Positions 10,351-20,571 of a stretch of 64,000 nt of DNA are shown one piece after another (position 1 is the first letter of the stretch; each line of letters begins with the position of its first letter). The stretch comes from an uncultured Desulfobacterales bacterium (GTDB taxonomy: Bacteria > Desulfobacterota > Desulfobacteria > Desulfobacterales > B30-G6), in the NCBI GenBank assembly GCA_964452555.1, contig CAYVMI010000002.1:153414-217413 (forward strand), given 5' to 3'. The notes beneath the pieces were generated by a model. The model had not been told where the DNA came from. It saw nothing but the letters and a program-made list of their open reading frames with translations, and did no database searches. The position numbers were made by a program, and so were the translations under genes.

Positions 10351-12093
10351 ATGTCGATCATAAAAAAAATAAAACCCCAATTTTGGGATCACTATGAGCC
10401 AGCAGCAGGGCAAAGGCGATCTTTTAGCTTTCGGCGCAAATGGATATTGATGGTCGTATTGACCGCCATCGTGGCCCTAACGCCTTTGCTCATCATGACC
10501 TATATTGATTTTCGGCTCACCATGAACATGCTCGAGTCCGAGGTCAGAACACACACGGAAAAGACGGTGTCCAATACCTGGCGAACGGTTTCTTTTGTTT
10601 TAACTCAACGAAGAGAATCCCTGGAATTTGTCGCCCGGGACAACAGCTACCAAGAGTTGAACCAAAACTCGCGGCTGCATACTGTTTTGGCGAACCTGCA
10701 GTTGGGAGTCGGCGGGTTTGATGATATCGCCCTTTTAGATGACAATGGTATTGTGCGAGCTTATGCAGGTCCCCACAATCTACATGGCGCCAACATGCTA
10801 AACGGTCAATGTTACCAAACCGTGGTCAAAAAGGGCTTCTATATCAAGGATGTGCGCAGTAAAACCGACAAAATTTCCCGTCCCGTTATTGCCATCAAGC
10901 GCACTCTGCCCGACGATTCATTTTTCGTGCTCAGATCCAGCCTGGACAGCGCTCTGCTACATAATATCCTGTCCCAGTTGGAAATCGGAGAATCCGATGA
11001 CGCTTTTATCATCAATGATAGAGGTATATTGCAAACCTCGTCTCGTTTTCACGGTGCCATGGCCGAGAAGATAACATTGCCCATTCCCGGTAGGGTTTCG
11101 GGGGCGAACACCCGGGTGGTTACCGAGGGTGACGGTAAGGCCATTCTCCTCGGCTATGCGTACATTCCTGACACATCCCTTATTCTGATGATTGTCAAAC
11201 CGAGATCTGAAATGGTGAGCCTATGGTATAAGCCAAGAATTAAACTCATCGGATTTCTGGTGCTGAATATCGGCCTTATTTTGGTTGCCATTCTGGGTAC
11301 AGCTACATATCTCGTCAATCGTATTCACACGGCCCACCGGGAGCGAATGAAAGCAGTCCATCAGGTGGAATTGTCCAACAAGCTTGCTTCACTGGGAAGG
11401 TTGGCATCGGGAGTCGCCCACGAAATAAATAATCCCTTGGCGATCATCGACCAGAAAGCAGGTCTTATAAGGGACCTGCTTAGCATGCAGGAATCCTATT
11501 CATCAGATGAAAAAGTGCTTGGTCTAATCGAGGGTGTGCAGTCTTCGGTCGGTCGGGCCGGATCGGTTACCAAAAGACTGTTAAACTTTGCACGTCACTT
11601 GGAAGCAAAAATCGAAAAGTTTGATCTGGTTCAGATTTTACAAGATCTGATTGCCATGTTGGAACAGGAGGCCACCTTCAAGCACGTCCAAATTTCACTA
11701 GACGCAGCAGATGCCGGCATCGAGATTGAGAGTGACCAGGGGAATCTGCAGCAGATATTTCTGAACATCATTAATAATGCGTTTGCAGCCATGCCGGACG
11801 GCGGAACCCTCAATATCGCTATCGAAGAACATCAGGAAGGGATGGTTTTGATCATTATCACGGACAGCGGGAAAGGCATACCACCGGATGACTTGAAACA
11901 TATATTTGAGCCCTTTTTTACTACCCATGCCAGCCAGGACAGCACGGGTCTAGGTCTGTCAATTACGTATGGGCTATTACAGGAGATCGGGGGTGACATT
12001 GCTGTTGAAAGCAAGGTGGAGCAGGGAACACGTTTTATCATTTCCTTGCCGCTAAAATTGTTGCCTGCCAAAAAGCAGAACCTAGCGTCATAA
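10351..12093 (+). CDS. Membrane sensor histidine kinase
   Basis: Two TM segments around a periplasmic domain; H-box HEINNPL, N-box NIINNA, DSGKGI, FEPFFTT, GLGLS. Confidence 0.95.
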   Translation: MSIIKKIKPQFWDHYEPAAGQRRSFSFRRKWILMVVLTAIVALTPLLIMTYIDFRLTMNMLESEVRTHTEKTVSNTWRTVSFVLTQRRESLEFVARDNSYQELNQNSRLHTVLANLQLGVGGFDDIALLDDNGIVRAYAGPHNLHGANMLNGQCYQTVVKKGFYIKDVRSKTDKISRPVIAIKRTLPDDSFFVLRSSLDSALLHNILSQLEIGESDDAFIINDRGILQTSSRFHGAMAEKITLPIPGRVSGANTRVVTEGDGKAILLGYAYIPDTSLILMIVKPRSEMVSLWYKPRIKLIGFLVLNIGLILVAILGTATYLVNRIHTAHRERMKAVHQVELSNKLASLGRLASGVAHEINNPLAIIDQKAGLIRDLLSMQESYSSDEKVLGLIEGVQSSVGRAGSVTKRLLNFARHLEAKIEKFDLVQILQDLIAMLEQEATFKHVQISLDAADAGIEIESDQGNLQQIFLNIINNAFAAMPDGGTLNIAIEEHQEGMVLIIITDSGKGIPPDDLKHIFEPFFTTHASQDSTGLGLSITYGLLQEIGGDIAVESKVEQGTRFIISLPLKLLPAKKQNLAS

Positions 12094-12137
12094 GGCCAAA
12101 AGCGTCATTAGCCGATTTATTATTCAAGGGGAAACCA

Positions 12138-12803
12138 ATGCTCAGCAAGAGTAGCAATCCGGGTGATACAGGGCTGACATTTTTCAGCAGGGTATCGGCC
12201 GCTGTATCGCATGAAATTAAAAATGTATTGGCAATCATCAATGAGAATGCCGGGCTGTTGGAAGATCTGGTGCTGATGTCTGAGAAAGGATCTTCCCTTT
12301 CGCCCGAGCGGCTTCGTCGCCTGGCTGTTACGGTACGCACCCAAATAAAACGGGCTGATGAAATTGTTAAAACCTTGAACCAGTTTGCCCATAGCGCCGA
12401 TCATTCGATAGATGTCGTTGACCTGTATGATGCGGCCGTTTTTATCACCGGTGTGCGTGAGCGAATAATGCGGTCAAAAAACTTGATTATCACCATAATT
12501 GCGCCTGACAGTCCGGTGACGATTCATACCAATCTTTTTTATCTGCAAGAATTCATTTTTATGTGTATTGAAACCATCATAAGTTTTTCAGAGTCCGTGA
12601 GATCGATCCGGGTAGAATTTCAGAAAACAGATCCAGGCGCAGAAATTCGATTTGTCTGCGAGGATTTGTCTGAAAATTTGTCTCTTGAAAGTGCTTTTTC
12701 GGACGATACTTATTCTCTGATGAGTTATTTAAAGGTGGAGCCCATTGGCGATAATGAGACAGGAGAATTCAGGATTCTATTGCCCGCAAGTATCCAATCC
12801 TGA
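12138..12803 (+). CDS. HisKA-containing protein with a degenerate ATPase domain (phosphotransferase-like)
   Basis: SHEIKNVLAIINENAG H-box present; no recognisable N/G1/F/G2 boxes. Confidence 0.75.
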   Translation: MLSKSSNPGDTGLTFFSRVSAAVSHEIKNVLAIINENAGLLEDLVLMSEKGSSLSPERLRRLAVTVRTQIKRADEIVKTLNQFAHSADHSIDVVDLYDAAVFITGVRERIMRSKNLIITIIAPDSPVTIHTNLFYLQEFIFMCIETIISFSESVRSIRVEFQKTDPGAEIRFVCEDLSENLSLESAFSDDTYSLMSYLKVEPIGDNETGEFRILLPASIQS

Positions 12804-12916
12804 AATTAAATGGAATTTGATGAGAATTTTATGCGTCTTTATCATACAGGAATTTAGAAAGATTTATAATTAACGCTTGGGCAGAATTCAGGTTATCATA
12901 ATTAAAGGAACCGTAG

Positions 12917-13279
12917 ATGTCGAAACAGGTATTGTTGGTGGACGATGAAAAGGCTTTTTTGGAAGCCATGGCAGAGCGGATGGCAGCCCGTGATATCATG
13001 GTAAGTACCGCATCAACCGCCGAAGAAGCTATCGAGATCACTGAACATAATCGATACGATACGATAATAATCGATTTTCAAATGCCGGGAATGGACGGAT
13101 TGGAAGCCGTTAAAATCATTAAAGCCAGGCAACCCGAAGTGAACATCATTTTATTAACCGGTTATGCTACCGTCGAAAAGGAACAGGAAGCGATGCAGGC
13201 GGGGGCTTCCGACTTGTTGGAAAAACCGCCGGACATCAATGTGTTGCTAAAAAGGATTAAGCGGACTAATCGGAAATAA
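12917..13279 (+). CDS. Single-domain response regulator
   Basis: LLVDDE, DFQMPGMDG, LTGY, EKP. Confidence 0.93.
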   Translation: MSKQVLLVDDEKAFLEAMAERMAARDIMVSTASTAEEAIEITEHNRYDTIIIDFQMPGMDGLEAVKIIKARQPEVNIILLTGYATVEKEQEAMQAGASDLLEKPPDINVLLKRIKRTNRK

Positions 13280-13309
13280 TAAACCAAACTAACCGAAGGA
13301 GGACAAGCT

Positions 13310-13807
13310 ATGTCGGATGAAAACAGAAAGATAAATCTATTGATGGTTGATGATGAAAAAGATTTTTTAGACTCATTGGCGGAAAGACTCGGAAATAGAG
13401 ATTTTAATGTTACAACGGTAACGGAGGGTGCGCAAGCCGTCAAAGCGGCCAAGAAGGGCAGTTTTGATCTGGCCCTTTTGGATTTGAATTTGCCTGGAAT
13501 GGACGGCATGGAAGTGCTTCAAATCCTGAAAAAAAAGCACAAATTTCTGGAAGTACTCATCCTGACCGGATATGGTAAGATAAATTCGGCGGTGGAGGCC
13601 ACCAAGCTGGGTGCATACTCTTATCTGGAGAAACCTTTCGACTTTGAAAAGTTGCTGGAAGTCCTGAAAGAAGCATATCAAGCCCGGCTCAAGAAAAAGT
13701 TCGAACATGATAAAAAGCGATTGGAAGAACTCCAGATGCTGAGCATGGGCAGCAGCCCCATGGGAATCCTCAAGTCGCTTATTAAAATTGATGACGATGA
13801 GAAATAA
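13310..13807 (+). CDS. Response regulator (REC plus short C-terminal extension)
   Basis: LMVDDE, DLNLPGMDG, LTGYG, EKP; RBS GGAGG. Confidence 0.93.
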   Translation: MSDENRKINLLMVDDEKDFLDSLAERLGNRDFNVTTVTEGAQAVKAAKKGSFDLALLDLNLPGMDGMEVLQILKKKHKFLEVLILTGYGKINSAVEATKLGAYSYLEKPFDFEKLLEVLKEAYQARLKKKFEHDKKRLEELQMLSMGSSPMGILKSLIKIDDDEK

Positions 13808-13867
13808 GCTGACTGTATTGCTTGGATTTGAATTTGGGATTTTTGTTTTATCAGATCATTCGCTTAC

Positions 13868-14003
13868 AACCTATCTCAAAATATAAAATTGATCGTCTGG
13901 CATGGTACTGGGTAGAAAGAAAGCGAAGCAATCACATAATATATGAGCATATGAGTAGCTTTTATATGCCACCAGAAGGAATATGATTATTTTGAGATAG
14001 CTT
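13868..14003. repeat. Palindromic element with CTATCTCAAAA...TTTTGAGATAG ends
   Basis: Same termini as the elements at 23131 and 61115. Confidence 0.75.
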
Positions 14004-14143
14004 ACAGCTGGGTTTAATGGCTGTGGGCCAAACGCAGAGCACCCTTGAGGACTCTATGGCGGTGGATCGCCGGCGCGCCACTTGGCGCCCATCCAGAGCA
14101 ATTCAGGATCAGTCTAAAACCAGATAATCTGAAGAGGGAATTT

Positions 14144-17100
14144 ATGGGATCGAAAAACCAAACGGAAGCTAGGTCTCGCAGCGGGGAGAAGATCGCTTCA
14201 GTTGAAAAAGTCCATTTGAAGCCACCGTTGCCATCATATGAGTTCGCCGCTCTTATTTTTGATCTCGATGGCGTTATCACTTCAACTGAAAAATTGCATT
14301 TTAACGGTTGGAAGAAAACCTTTGACAAACTGATAAATTCTCTTCGGCAAAACAGTTTGCTTCCCCCGGATGCACCTGAGGAATTTAGCGAGAAGCATTA
14401 TCTGGATTATGTGGACGGCAAACCTCGCTATGATGGTGTTAGTGCTTTTATCGAAGCTTTAGGGACGGGAGATGATAGTCTTACGGCTATGGTGGCCGGT
14501 CAGGCAAAGGATGAGTCGGCCGGGATTGTGAGCTCATCGGCCTTTATTCAATTTATTACCTCTAAAATAGAAAAGGACACGCTGCCCCTGCCTCAATCAA
14601 CAACGCTTGATGACTTGGAAGCAATGACAGCGCAGCGGGAAAATGATCCTGTAAAACTGGCCGAGCTTTTTGATCATTGCGCCATGAATTCCGATCATCT
14701 CGATATGATTTTTGGCATACTAGCAAGACGACCTTCAGATCTGGGTGCCATAATTGTTCGTAAGGTCGGGGATATTAAGGATGCCTGGATAAATGAGCAG
14801 CTCAATGATGAATCCGTTGAAATAACCAAATTTCAACATACGATTGATTTGATTATTGAGGCAAAAGAGCTAGGCGTAAACGTCGCGGTTGCTTCGTCAA
14901 GCAAGAATGCCAAAAAAATTCTTAAAAAGGCAGGATTGTTTGATTTATTCGAAGAGCATTTGATTATCGATGGCATTGTCCGGGAAGAAATGGGCCTGAA
15001 CGGAAAACCGGCTCCAGATATTTTTGTGGAAGCAGCCCAAAGGATGGACGTGCCGGTGCATAGGGCAATTGTTTTTGAAGATGCAATTTCGGGGGTGGAA
15101 GCAGGACGGCAGGGTAATTTCGGTCTGGTGGTTGGCCTTGCGCGCGCCGGCAACCAACAAGAACTCAGCAAAAATGGCGCTGATATTGTCCTGACTGATA
15201 TAGGGGCTATGCAAAACCCTCTCCAGGAAATGAACAACTGGTATAAGCAAAAGCTTCTGGAAACCTGCCAGAGACTTAAATATATCGGGACTCCCATGGA
15301 AATGGATCCGGAGACGGATCCGGAGTTGTTAAAAGCCAGGTTCAGGGCTGAACAAGCATTGCAATCTGTTGGAAATGGCTATTTCTGTACAAGGGGGGCT
15401 GATTATGAAGAGGGGCAAAGGGCAGATTCGTGGGGATATGCCGGTACTTATTTTTCTACCATTCGCAACACCCGTAAATCAATTATTGATGGGCAGCCAG
15501 TTTATAACGAGGACTTGGTCAACTGTATAAATTGGCTTCCAGTCACTTTCAAATTGGATGATAATGATTGGTTTAATCCCCATGAAGCACAACTTTTGAG
15601 CTATGAAAAGGAGCTTGATTTCAGAAGCGGTTGTTTTTCCCGAACGCTGTGTTTTCGTAGTCAGAATGGAGCGGAAACTGAAGTTAAGGCACGGCATTGT
15701 ATAAGTATGGCGGACAAACACCTGGCGGCCGTTGAGTATTGTGTTACTCCGACTAATTATTCCGGTGTGATAACCATAAAGGCAGGTCTGCATGCCGATC
15801 ATATCAATGACGGTGTCGCGCGCTATGCCAAGCTTGATCAGAACCATTTAAAGAGAATTGCCGAAGGTGGAGAAGAAGACGGGACCTCTTTTGTCAGGGT
15901 GCAAACAAATCCATCACAGGTGCCGGGCAAAGATCTGAAACCGGCAGAAATTACGGCAACCGCACGGATTATTGCCGAACTGGCGGGCAAACAACTAAAA
16001 CCGACTTTCAAGGTTGCAACGGCCGATCGACGCGTAGATACATATTTCAGTCAGAAGGTGGAACAGGGGCAGAAGCTTTCGGTGCATAAAATAGTCGGCC
16101 TGCACACCGATAAGGACAATATTGGAAAGCCCGGAACGCTGGATAAGGCTCATGGCACAGTTGCTGATGTGCCTTCATTTTCGAATGTGCTTGAATCCTC
16201 TACAGCTAGATGGGCCGAGATTTGGCGGAATGCTGGCATAGAAATCGTGGGCGATCGGCAGGGGCAGCAGGCCTTGAACCTGGCTACCTACCATCTGTTT
16301 GTTATGGGTTCAGAACACAACGATGGCGGCATAGGCCCGCGCGGTCTTACCGGGGAAACTTACCGGGGCCATGAGTTCTGGGATGATATTCTGTATTATC
16401 CCGGAATATCCGTTCAATATCCATTGGTAACCAGATCTCTTTTGAAACATCGGTACAATGGGCTCGAAGAGGCCCGCAAAGCGGCCCGGGAAAACAACTT
16501 TCAGGGTGCCATGTATCCCTGGCAGGGGGGCATTGAAGGGGATGAACAGACTCAGGTTACGCGTTTCAATCCTGTATCCGGAAAATGGGATCCAGACAAT
16601 AGCCGTCGTCAGCGGCATGTATCACTGGCGATTGCCTATAATGTAATTGATTTTTTGGAGACCACCGGCGATGTGCAGTTCAGAAGCATGGGTATGGAAA
16701 TGGTGCTTGAAATCTGCCGCTTTTTTTCCAGCATATGTGAATGTGATAGTGCAACCGGAAAATATTCAATTGACGGAGTTATGGGACCAAATGAGTTCCA
16801 TGAGGGCAAGAAGAAAAGGGGTGTTAAGGATAACGCCTACACAAATATTATGCTGGCCTGGATCTTCGAGAAAGTTGAACATTTTGTAGCAGAGGTCAAG
16901 GTTTCCGGCCCTGCTGAACTTGAGGAAGCGTACCTCAATATGGGGATTAGCGCGCAAGAGATGGAGAACGCGTATGCACATTGGCGGAATATTCGTCAAA
17001 ATCTTGCACTAAATCTCAATCCAGATGGGGCAATCGCCAATCACTCCGAATGGTTTGATCTAAAGGGCCCCGATGAAGTTAGAGGCCTGAAAGTCCTGCT

Positions 17101-17800
17101 GGGTGGCAATGAGCAAGATTTATATTCAGTTGTATACGACCGAGGGAGAGCTGACCGTCGTCTTAGAGCGGTGGGAATGGACCCTGATGATTATCAGATC
17201 CAAAAACAAGCAGATACATTGATGGCCTATTATAATCTGGGACCGGATGAATTAAAGCGGATTGTAAGCATGATGGGATATGATTTGCCAAAGGATCATT
17301 TGCTTATAAACCTTAACCATCATTTGCCGCGGACTTCTCATGGTTCTACGCTGAGTTATATTACCCATGCGATGGTGCTGGCCAACGCTGGTAGAACGGC
17401 GGACAGCTGGGAGTTTTTCAGGCTGGCCCTTGTCAGTGACTTGTCTGATATCCAGGGGGGTACAACGGCAGAAGGTATTCATCTGGGTGTAATGGGTGGG
17501 TGCTTGAGGGGCGTCATCACAAACTTTGCAGGTCTCAATTGGCATGGGGATAAAATTTCGATCAATCCCAATTTGCCTGCAGAATGGGAGTCTCTGAAAT
17601 TCAGCATTCTTATCAGAGGAGATCGGTACTTCTTTGAAGCCGGTCGGAAAGCGGTTAAGCTCAAGGTTGTAAAGGAAGATAGTGCTATACCCAAAAAAGA
17701 AAAGCTGACTATTTGGGTACAGGGTAAGCCAGAGATTGTAGAATATGATGGTACGTATTCTTTTAAGCTCTATAATAATGAAACGAATACGCCACAGTAG
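14144..17800 (+). CDS. Beta-phosphoglucomutase (HAD) fused to a GH65 glycoside phosphorylase
   Basis: FDLDGVIT, GKPAPDIF, FEDAISG; then GNGY..TRG, RGLTGETYRGHEFWD, GPNEFHE, KQAD, HGSTLS, GIHLGVM; ATG 14144 follows RBS GAGGGA. Confidence 0.92.
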   Translation: MGSKNQTEARSRSGEKIASVEKVHLKPPLPSYEFAALIFDLDGVITSTEKLHFNGWKKTFDKLINSLRQNSLLPPDAPEEFSEKHYLDYVDGKPRYDGVSAFIEALGTGDDSLTAMVAGQAKDESAGIVSSSAFIQFITSKIEKDTLPLPQSTTLDDLEAMTAQRENDPVKLAELFDHCAMNSDHLDMIFGILARRPSDLGAIIVRKVGDIKDAWINEQLNDESVEITKFQHTIDLIIEAKELGVNVAVASSSKNAKKILKKAGLFDLFEEHLIIDGIVREEMGLNGKPAPDIFVEAAQRMDVPVHRAIVFEDAISGVEAGRQGNFGLVVGLARAGNQQELSKNGADIVLTDIGAMQNPLQEMNNWYKQKLLETCQRLKYIGTPMEMDPETDPELLKARFRAEQALQSVGNGYFCTRGADYEEGQRADSWGYAGTYFSTIRNTRKSIIDGQPVYNEDLVNCINWLPVTFKLDDNDWFNPHEAQLLSYEKELDFRSGCFSRTLCFRSQNGAETEVKARHCISMADKHLAAVEYCVTPTNYSGVITIKAGLHADHINDGVARYAKLDQNHLKRIAEGGEEDGTSFVRVQTNPSQVPGKDLKPAEITATARIIAELAGKQLKPTFKVATADRRVDTYFSQKVEQGQKLSVHKIVGLHTDKDNIGKPGTLDKAHGTVADVPSFSNVLESSTARWAEIWRNAGIEIVGDRQGQQALNLATYHLFVMGSEHNDGGIGPRGLTGETYRGHEFWDDILYYPGISVQYPLVTRSLLKHRYNGLEEARKAARENNFQGAMYPWQGGIEGDEQTQVTRFNPVSGKWDPDNSRRQRHVSLAIAYNVIDFLETTGDVQFRSMGMEMVLEICRFFSSICECDSATGKYSIDGVMGPNEFHEGKKKRGVKDNAYTNIMLAWIFEKVEHFVAEVKVSGPAELEEAYLNMGISAQEMENAYAHWRNIRQNLALNLNPDGAIANHSEWFDLKGPDEVRGLKVLLGGNEQDLYSVVYDRGRADRRLRAVGMDPDDYQIQKQADTLMAYYNLGPDELKRIVSMMGYDLPKDHLLINLNHHLPRTSHGSTLSYITHAMVLANAGRTADSWEFFRLALVSDLSDIQGGTTAEGIHLGVMGGCLRGVITNFAGLNWHGDKISINPNLPAEWESLKFSILIRGDRYFFEAGRKAVKLKVVKEDSAIPKKEKLTIWVQGKPEIVEYDGTYSFKLYNNETNTPQ

Positions 17801-17842
17801 CTGACAGGGAATACAGCAGACTTTATCCGCTATTTAGCCAAT

Positions 17843-18718
17843 TCAAACACGATCGCTCAGTGAGTTACTTTTTTCAAGTCTGGTGGCAAGATAGAATACC
17901 ACCCACGCTCCGCATAGGTCGCAATCCACATCGTTTCCGTAGCAGCAAAATGGTGTCACAAATTCGCTGCCTTCAAGGTAAAGAGGCAAAACGAGACTTT
18001 TAGAAGGACAATTGTCAGTAACCGCCTTGGCATTTTCCGAAAGTGTTAATTCAAGGGTTCTGTTTTTGTTCCAGATAAAATCAGAATATTTTTTTTTAAG
18101 CCGCATTACAATACGCACGGCCCTATCTCGTCGCTTAAGTGTGCCCCAGGTGAGATCTGATAAATCATTCTTAGTTGGGACGTAAAAGGAGAAAGTCATT
18201 CCTTCAGCACGTGTTGGCCTCAGAAGTTTAACCAATTCTTCCAATGAGTCCTCATTCTGTTTTGTCACAACACACTGACACATAACTGTTGATGAGAACT
18301 TATCTGGAATGTTGGATAAAGTTTTCATCACCTTTTTAAATGTTCCGTTACCGCGCACAACGTCATTTAATCTAGGCGGACCATCGACAGAGATAACGTA
18401 TATACAATTGGGCAAATCAATTGGTTGGATCGTTCCATTAGTAGTAATTATGTTATTTGGAAACAATTTAATTCCATTCTCCAGTACATCTGGCCTCAGG
18501 AGGGGCTCCCCTCCCATCCAAAGCATGTGTTGTATTCCGTGAATTTTCTGCAGCTCTGCAAGTTTTTCAAGCATTACCGCCGTTTCCATTTCTGCACTGG
18601 CATCATTTGGGTTCCCATCCCGATAGATAAAACAATGTTTACAACTAAGCGTACATCTGTTGGTTATGTTTACCATGGCAACAGGGTAATTGTGAGCAGG
18701 ACTCGCCGTTTCGTTCAT
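17843..18718 (-). CDS. Radical SAM protein with Cys-rich C-terminus
   Basis: CTLSCKHC, GGEP, TTNG, SVDG; C-terminal CCYGNDVDCDLC. Confidence 0.9.
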   Translation of the reverse strand: MNETASPAHNYPVAMVNITNRCTLSCKHCFIYRDGNPNDASAEMETAVMLEKLAELQKIHGIQHMLWMGGEPLLRPDVLENGIKLFPNNIITTNGTIQPIDLPNCIYVISVDGPPRLNDVVRGNGTFKKVMKTLSNIPDKFSSTVMCQCVVTKQNEDSLEELVKLLRPTRAEGMTFSFYVPTKNDLSDLTWGTLKRRDRAVRIVMRLKKKYSDFIWNKNRTLELTLSENAKAVTDNCPSKSLVLPLYLEGSEFVTPFCCYGNDVDCDLCGAWVVFYLATRLEKSNSLSDRV

Positions 18719-18905
18719 TATTTCCATTCCTTTAAAATCTCGTTGTTTCCCTGAGCTCCCCGTAATCTGAGACAGTCTATAATAGCGGATCAAGCTAAAA
18801 GAAATATGCGTACCATTAAAAAGAACCCGAACCGACGATTTCCTAAGTCAGGATTGAATGATTTGATAGGAATCTTGTGATTTTATGATTATGGGTTTAA
18901 GAAGC

Positions 18906-19094
18906 TTACCCTAAATTGTCATCACCATTAGATGGAGGCATGTTTCTATTATTTATTGCCTCCACAATAAAGGAAGGCACTGCAATAGCAAAGCCGAACC
19001 AACCGTATAATAAAGGTATAGCTTTTATCCAAGCGAGTACTACCAAAGCCATACCAACCCACAGGCCAATCGATGTAATATTATCTAATTTCAA
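18906..19094 (-). CDS. Small membrane protein (two TM helices)
   Basis: TTG start after AAAGGGA; hydrophobic segments IGLWVGMALVVLAW and YGWFGFAIAVPSFIV. Confidence 0.5.
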   Translation of the reverse strand: MKLDNITSIGLWVGMALVVLAWIKAIPLLYGWFGFAIAVPSFIVEAINNRNMPPSNGDDNLG

Positions 19095-19158
19095 TTTATT
19101 ATTCCCTTTGCATTCTATTCTGAATTTTTTATTTACACCCAGAATAGGCTTAACTATT

Positions 19159-19437
19159 TTAAATAAATTCGATACCAAATTTCGTGTCGAAGCTCCACAT
19201 AACCTTGGCTTTGCGTTTGACACTCCGCTTCGTCTTGCTGAAAGGGATGTTGACGGTAATGATCTCACCCTCAAATATTTTAGGGGCGCTATCGTGATTG
19301 ATGAGAGCTCCCCCCAGGCTTATGTTGTTAATTACTGCGGGATATGCTTTGGATTTCACTGAAAAATAGATATCTGTGTTATAGTCTTTTCGCTCATGCT
19401 TTCTCTTGAAACCAGGAATGTTATACTCATCACTCAT
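19159..19437 (-). CDS. PilZ domain protein
   Basis: RKHER and NISLGG motifs, FGIEF end; RBS GAGG. Confidence 0.88.
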   Translation of the reverse strand: MSDEYNIPGFKRKHERKDYNTDIYFSVKSKAYPAVINNISLGGALINHDSAPKIFEGEIITVNIPFSKTKRSVKRKAKVMWSFDTKFGIEFI

Positions 19438-19469
19438 GAGAACACCTCGTCTATGCTCGAATATTTATC

Positions 19470-20216
19470 TTACTTATGCGTATAGGCTGCAACCTTCCAA
19501 TCTTCGGAGATCTTGTGGGTTACAAAGGGCCACAGCGATCTGACAGCATTACACTCTCTTTCGAGGACTTTCAGCCTGTGTTCATTGACCGCTTCTTTGC
19601 CTCTTTCTTTTTGTGCATCTAAGTTAAATTTCTTGGCATTCATCGCAATTACGCGTGTTGCTTTCGATTCGTCCGTTTTAATGGCTCCAATTAATGCAGC
19701 GTAGAGGCCATCAAATATCAGTACGTTGCTAGCTTGCATGTTCAGGGTAATTTCCTTAATGGGCCGGGAACCATCTTCGTTAATAACCACAATAGGGACA
19801 TTGACGGATTTGTTTTTCTCAAAACAAGTCATGACTTCTTCAATTTTAGATCTGTTCATTTCATTTAAGCCAACGTTGTTATCGTAATCTTCCGCTCTCT
19901 TTTCTTCACGTTCCTCAGGGGTCGTCACATACGCATTGTCAAATGACCATTCAACCGTTAAGATTCCCTGTTTTTTAAGGATCTCACTCACGAGGTAGGC
20001 AATCTCGCTTTTTCCTGTACCGGATTCCCCCCCAGCAGCAAATATTACTTTCCCGGTCGCCTTAAGTGCTTCAAGGATAATGGGTGCAAGTTCATTGGCT
20101 GCTTTTTCGTGTCCTGATGTAATTCTGAGTTTGTCCAGCGAAACAGGAACGGTTACCCATCTCACCTGCTCATTCTGGTTAGAGATTCCATTGTCGCTTT
20201 TTGTATTGGTACGCAT
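19470..20216 (-). CDS. P-loop nucleoside/uridine kinase-like protein
   Basis: Walker A GGESGTGKS, SFDNAY, LIFDGLYA. Confidence 0.75.
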   Translation of the reverse strand: MRTNTKSDNGISNQNEQVRWVTVPVSLDKLRITSGHEKAANELAPIILEALKATGKVIFAAGGESGTGKSEIAYLVSEILKKQGILTVEWSFDNAYVTTPEEREEKRAEDYDNNVGLNEMNRSKIEEVMTCFEKNKSVNVPIVVINEDGSRPIKEITLNMQASNVLIFDGLYAALIGAIKTDESKATRVIAMNAKKFNLDAQKERGKEAVNEHRLKVLERECNAVRSLWPFVTHKISEDWKVAAYTHK

Positions 20217-20571
20217 GTCGACATTCCTTTAAAATCTTTCTAAATTCCTATTTGATAGCGGTTTACATGAATCTCTTGATATTTCATGCCAGATTCAAGG
20301 TAATAATAATGATATTCACGGCTTAAGTCAATGTTTAACCAAACTGTCTTAATTTATGCGCCCTCCTATTAACAAGAATTTATGCGAAGATTAATATATG
20401 AGTTTGACAGATCCACTCACACAATTGTAAATTTTCCAACAAATGGTAATAAAAGACTGCAGGAATAGAATTTCTAACCCGCCAAGGACATGGTGGGAAA
20501 ACTCATAAAACCATTGGCGGAACGCCCTTGGCATCGAGTCGACACCGTAACGATACATGTAAGGAGAAATC

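Noticed and set aside
14045-14143. Extended N-terminus of the beta-PGM/GH65 ORF and a GC-rich hairpin there
   Set aside because: ATG 14144 has an RBS; the hairpin matches no motif I can support
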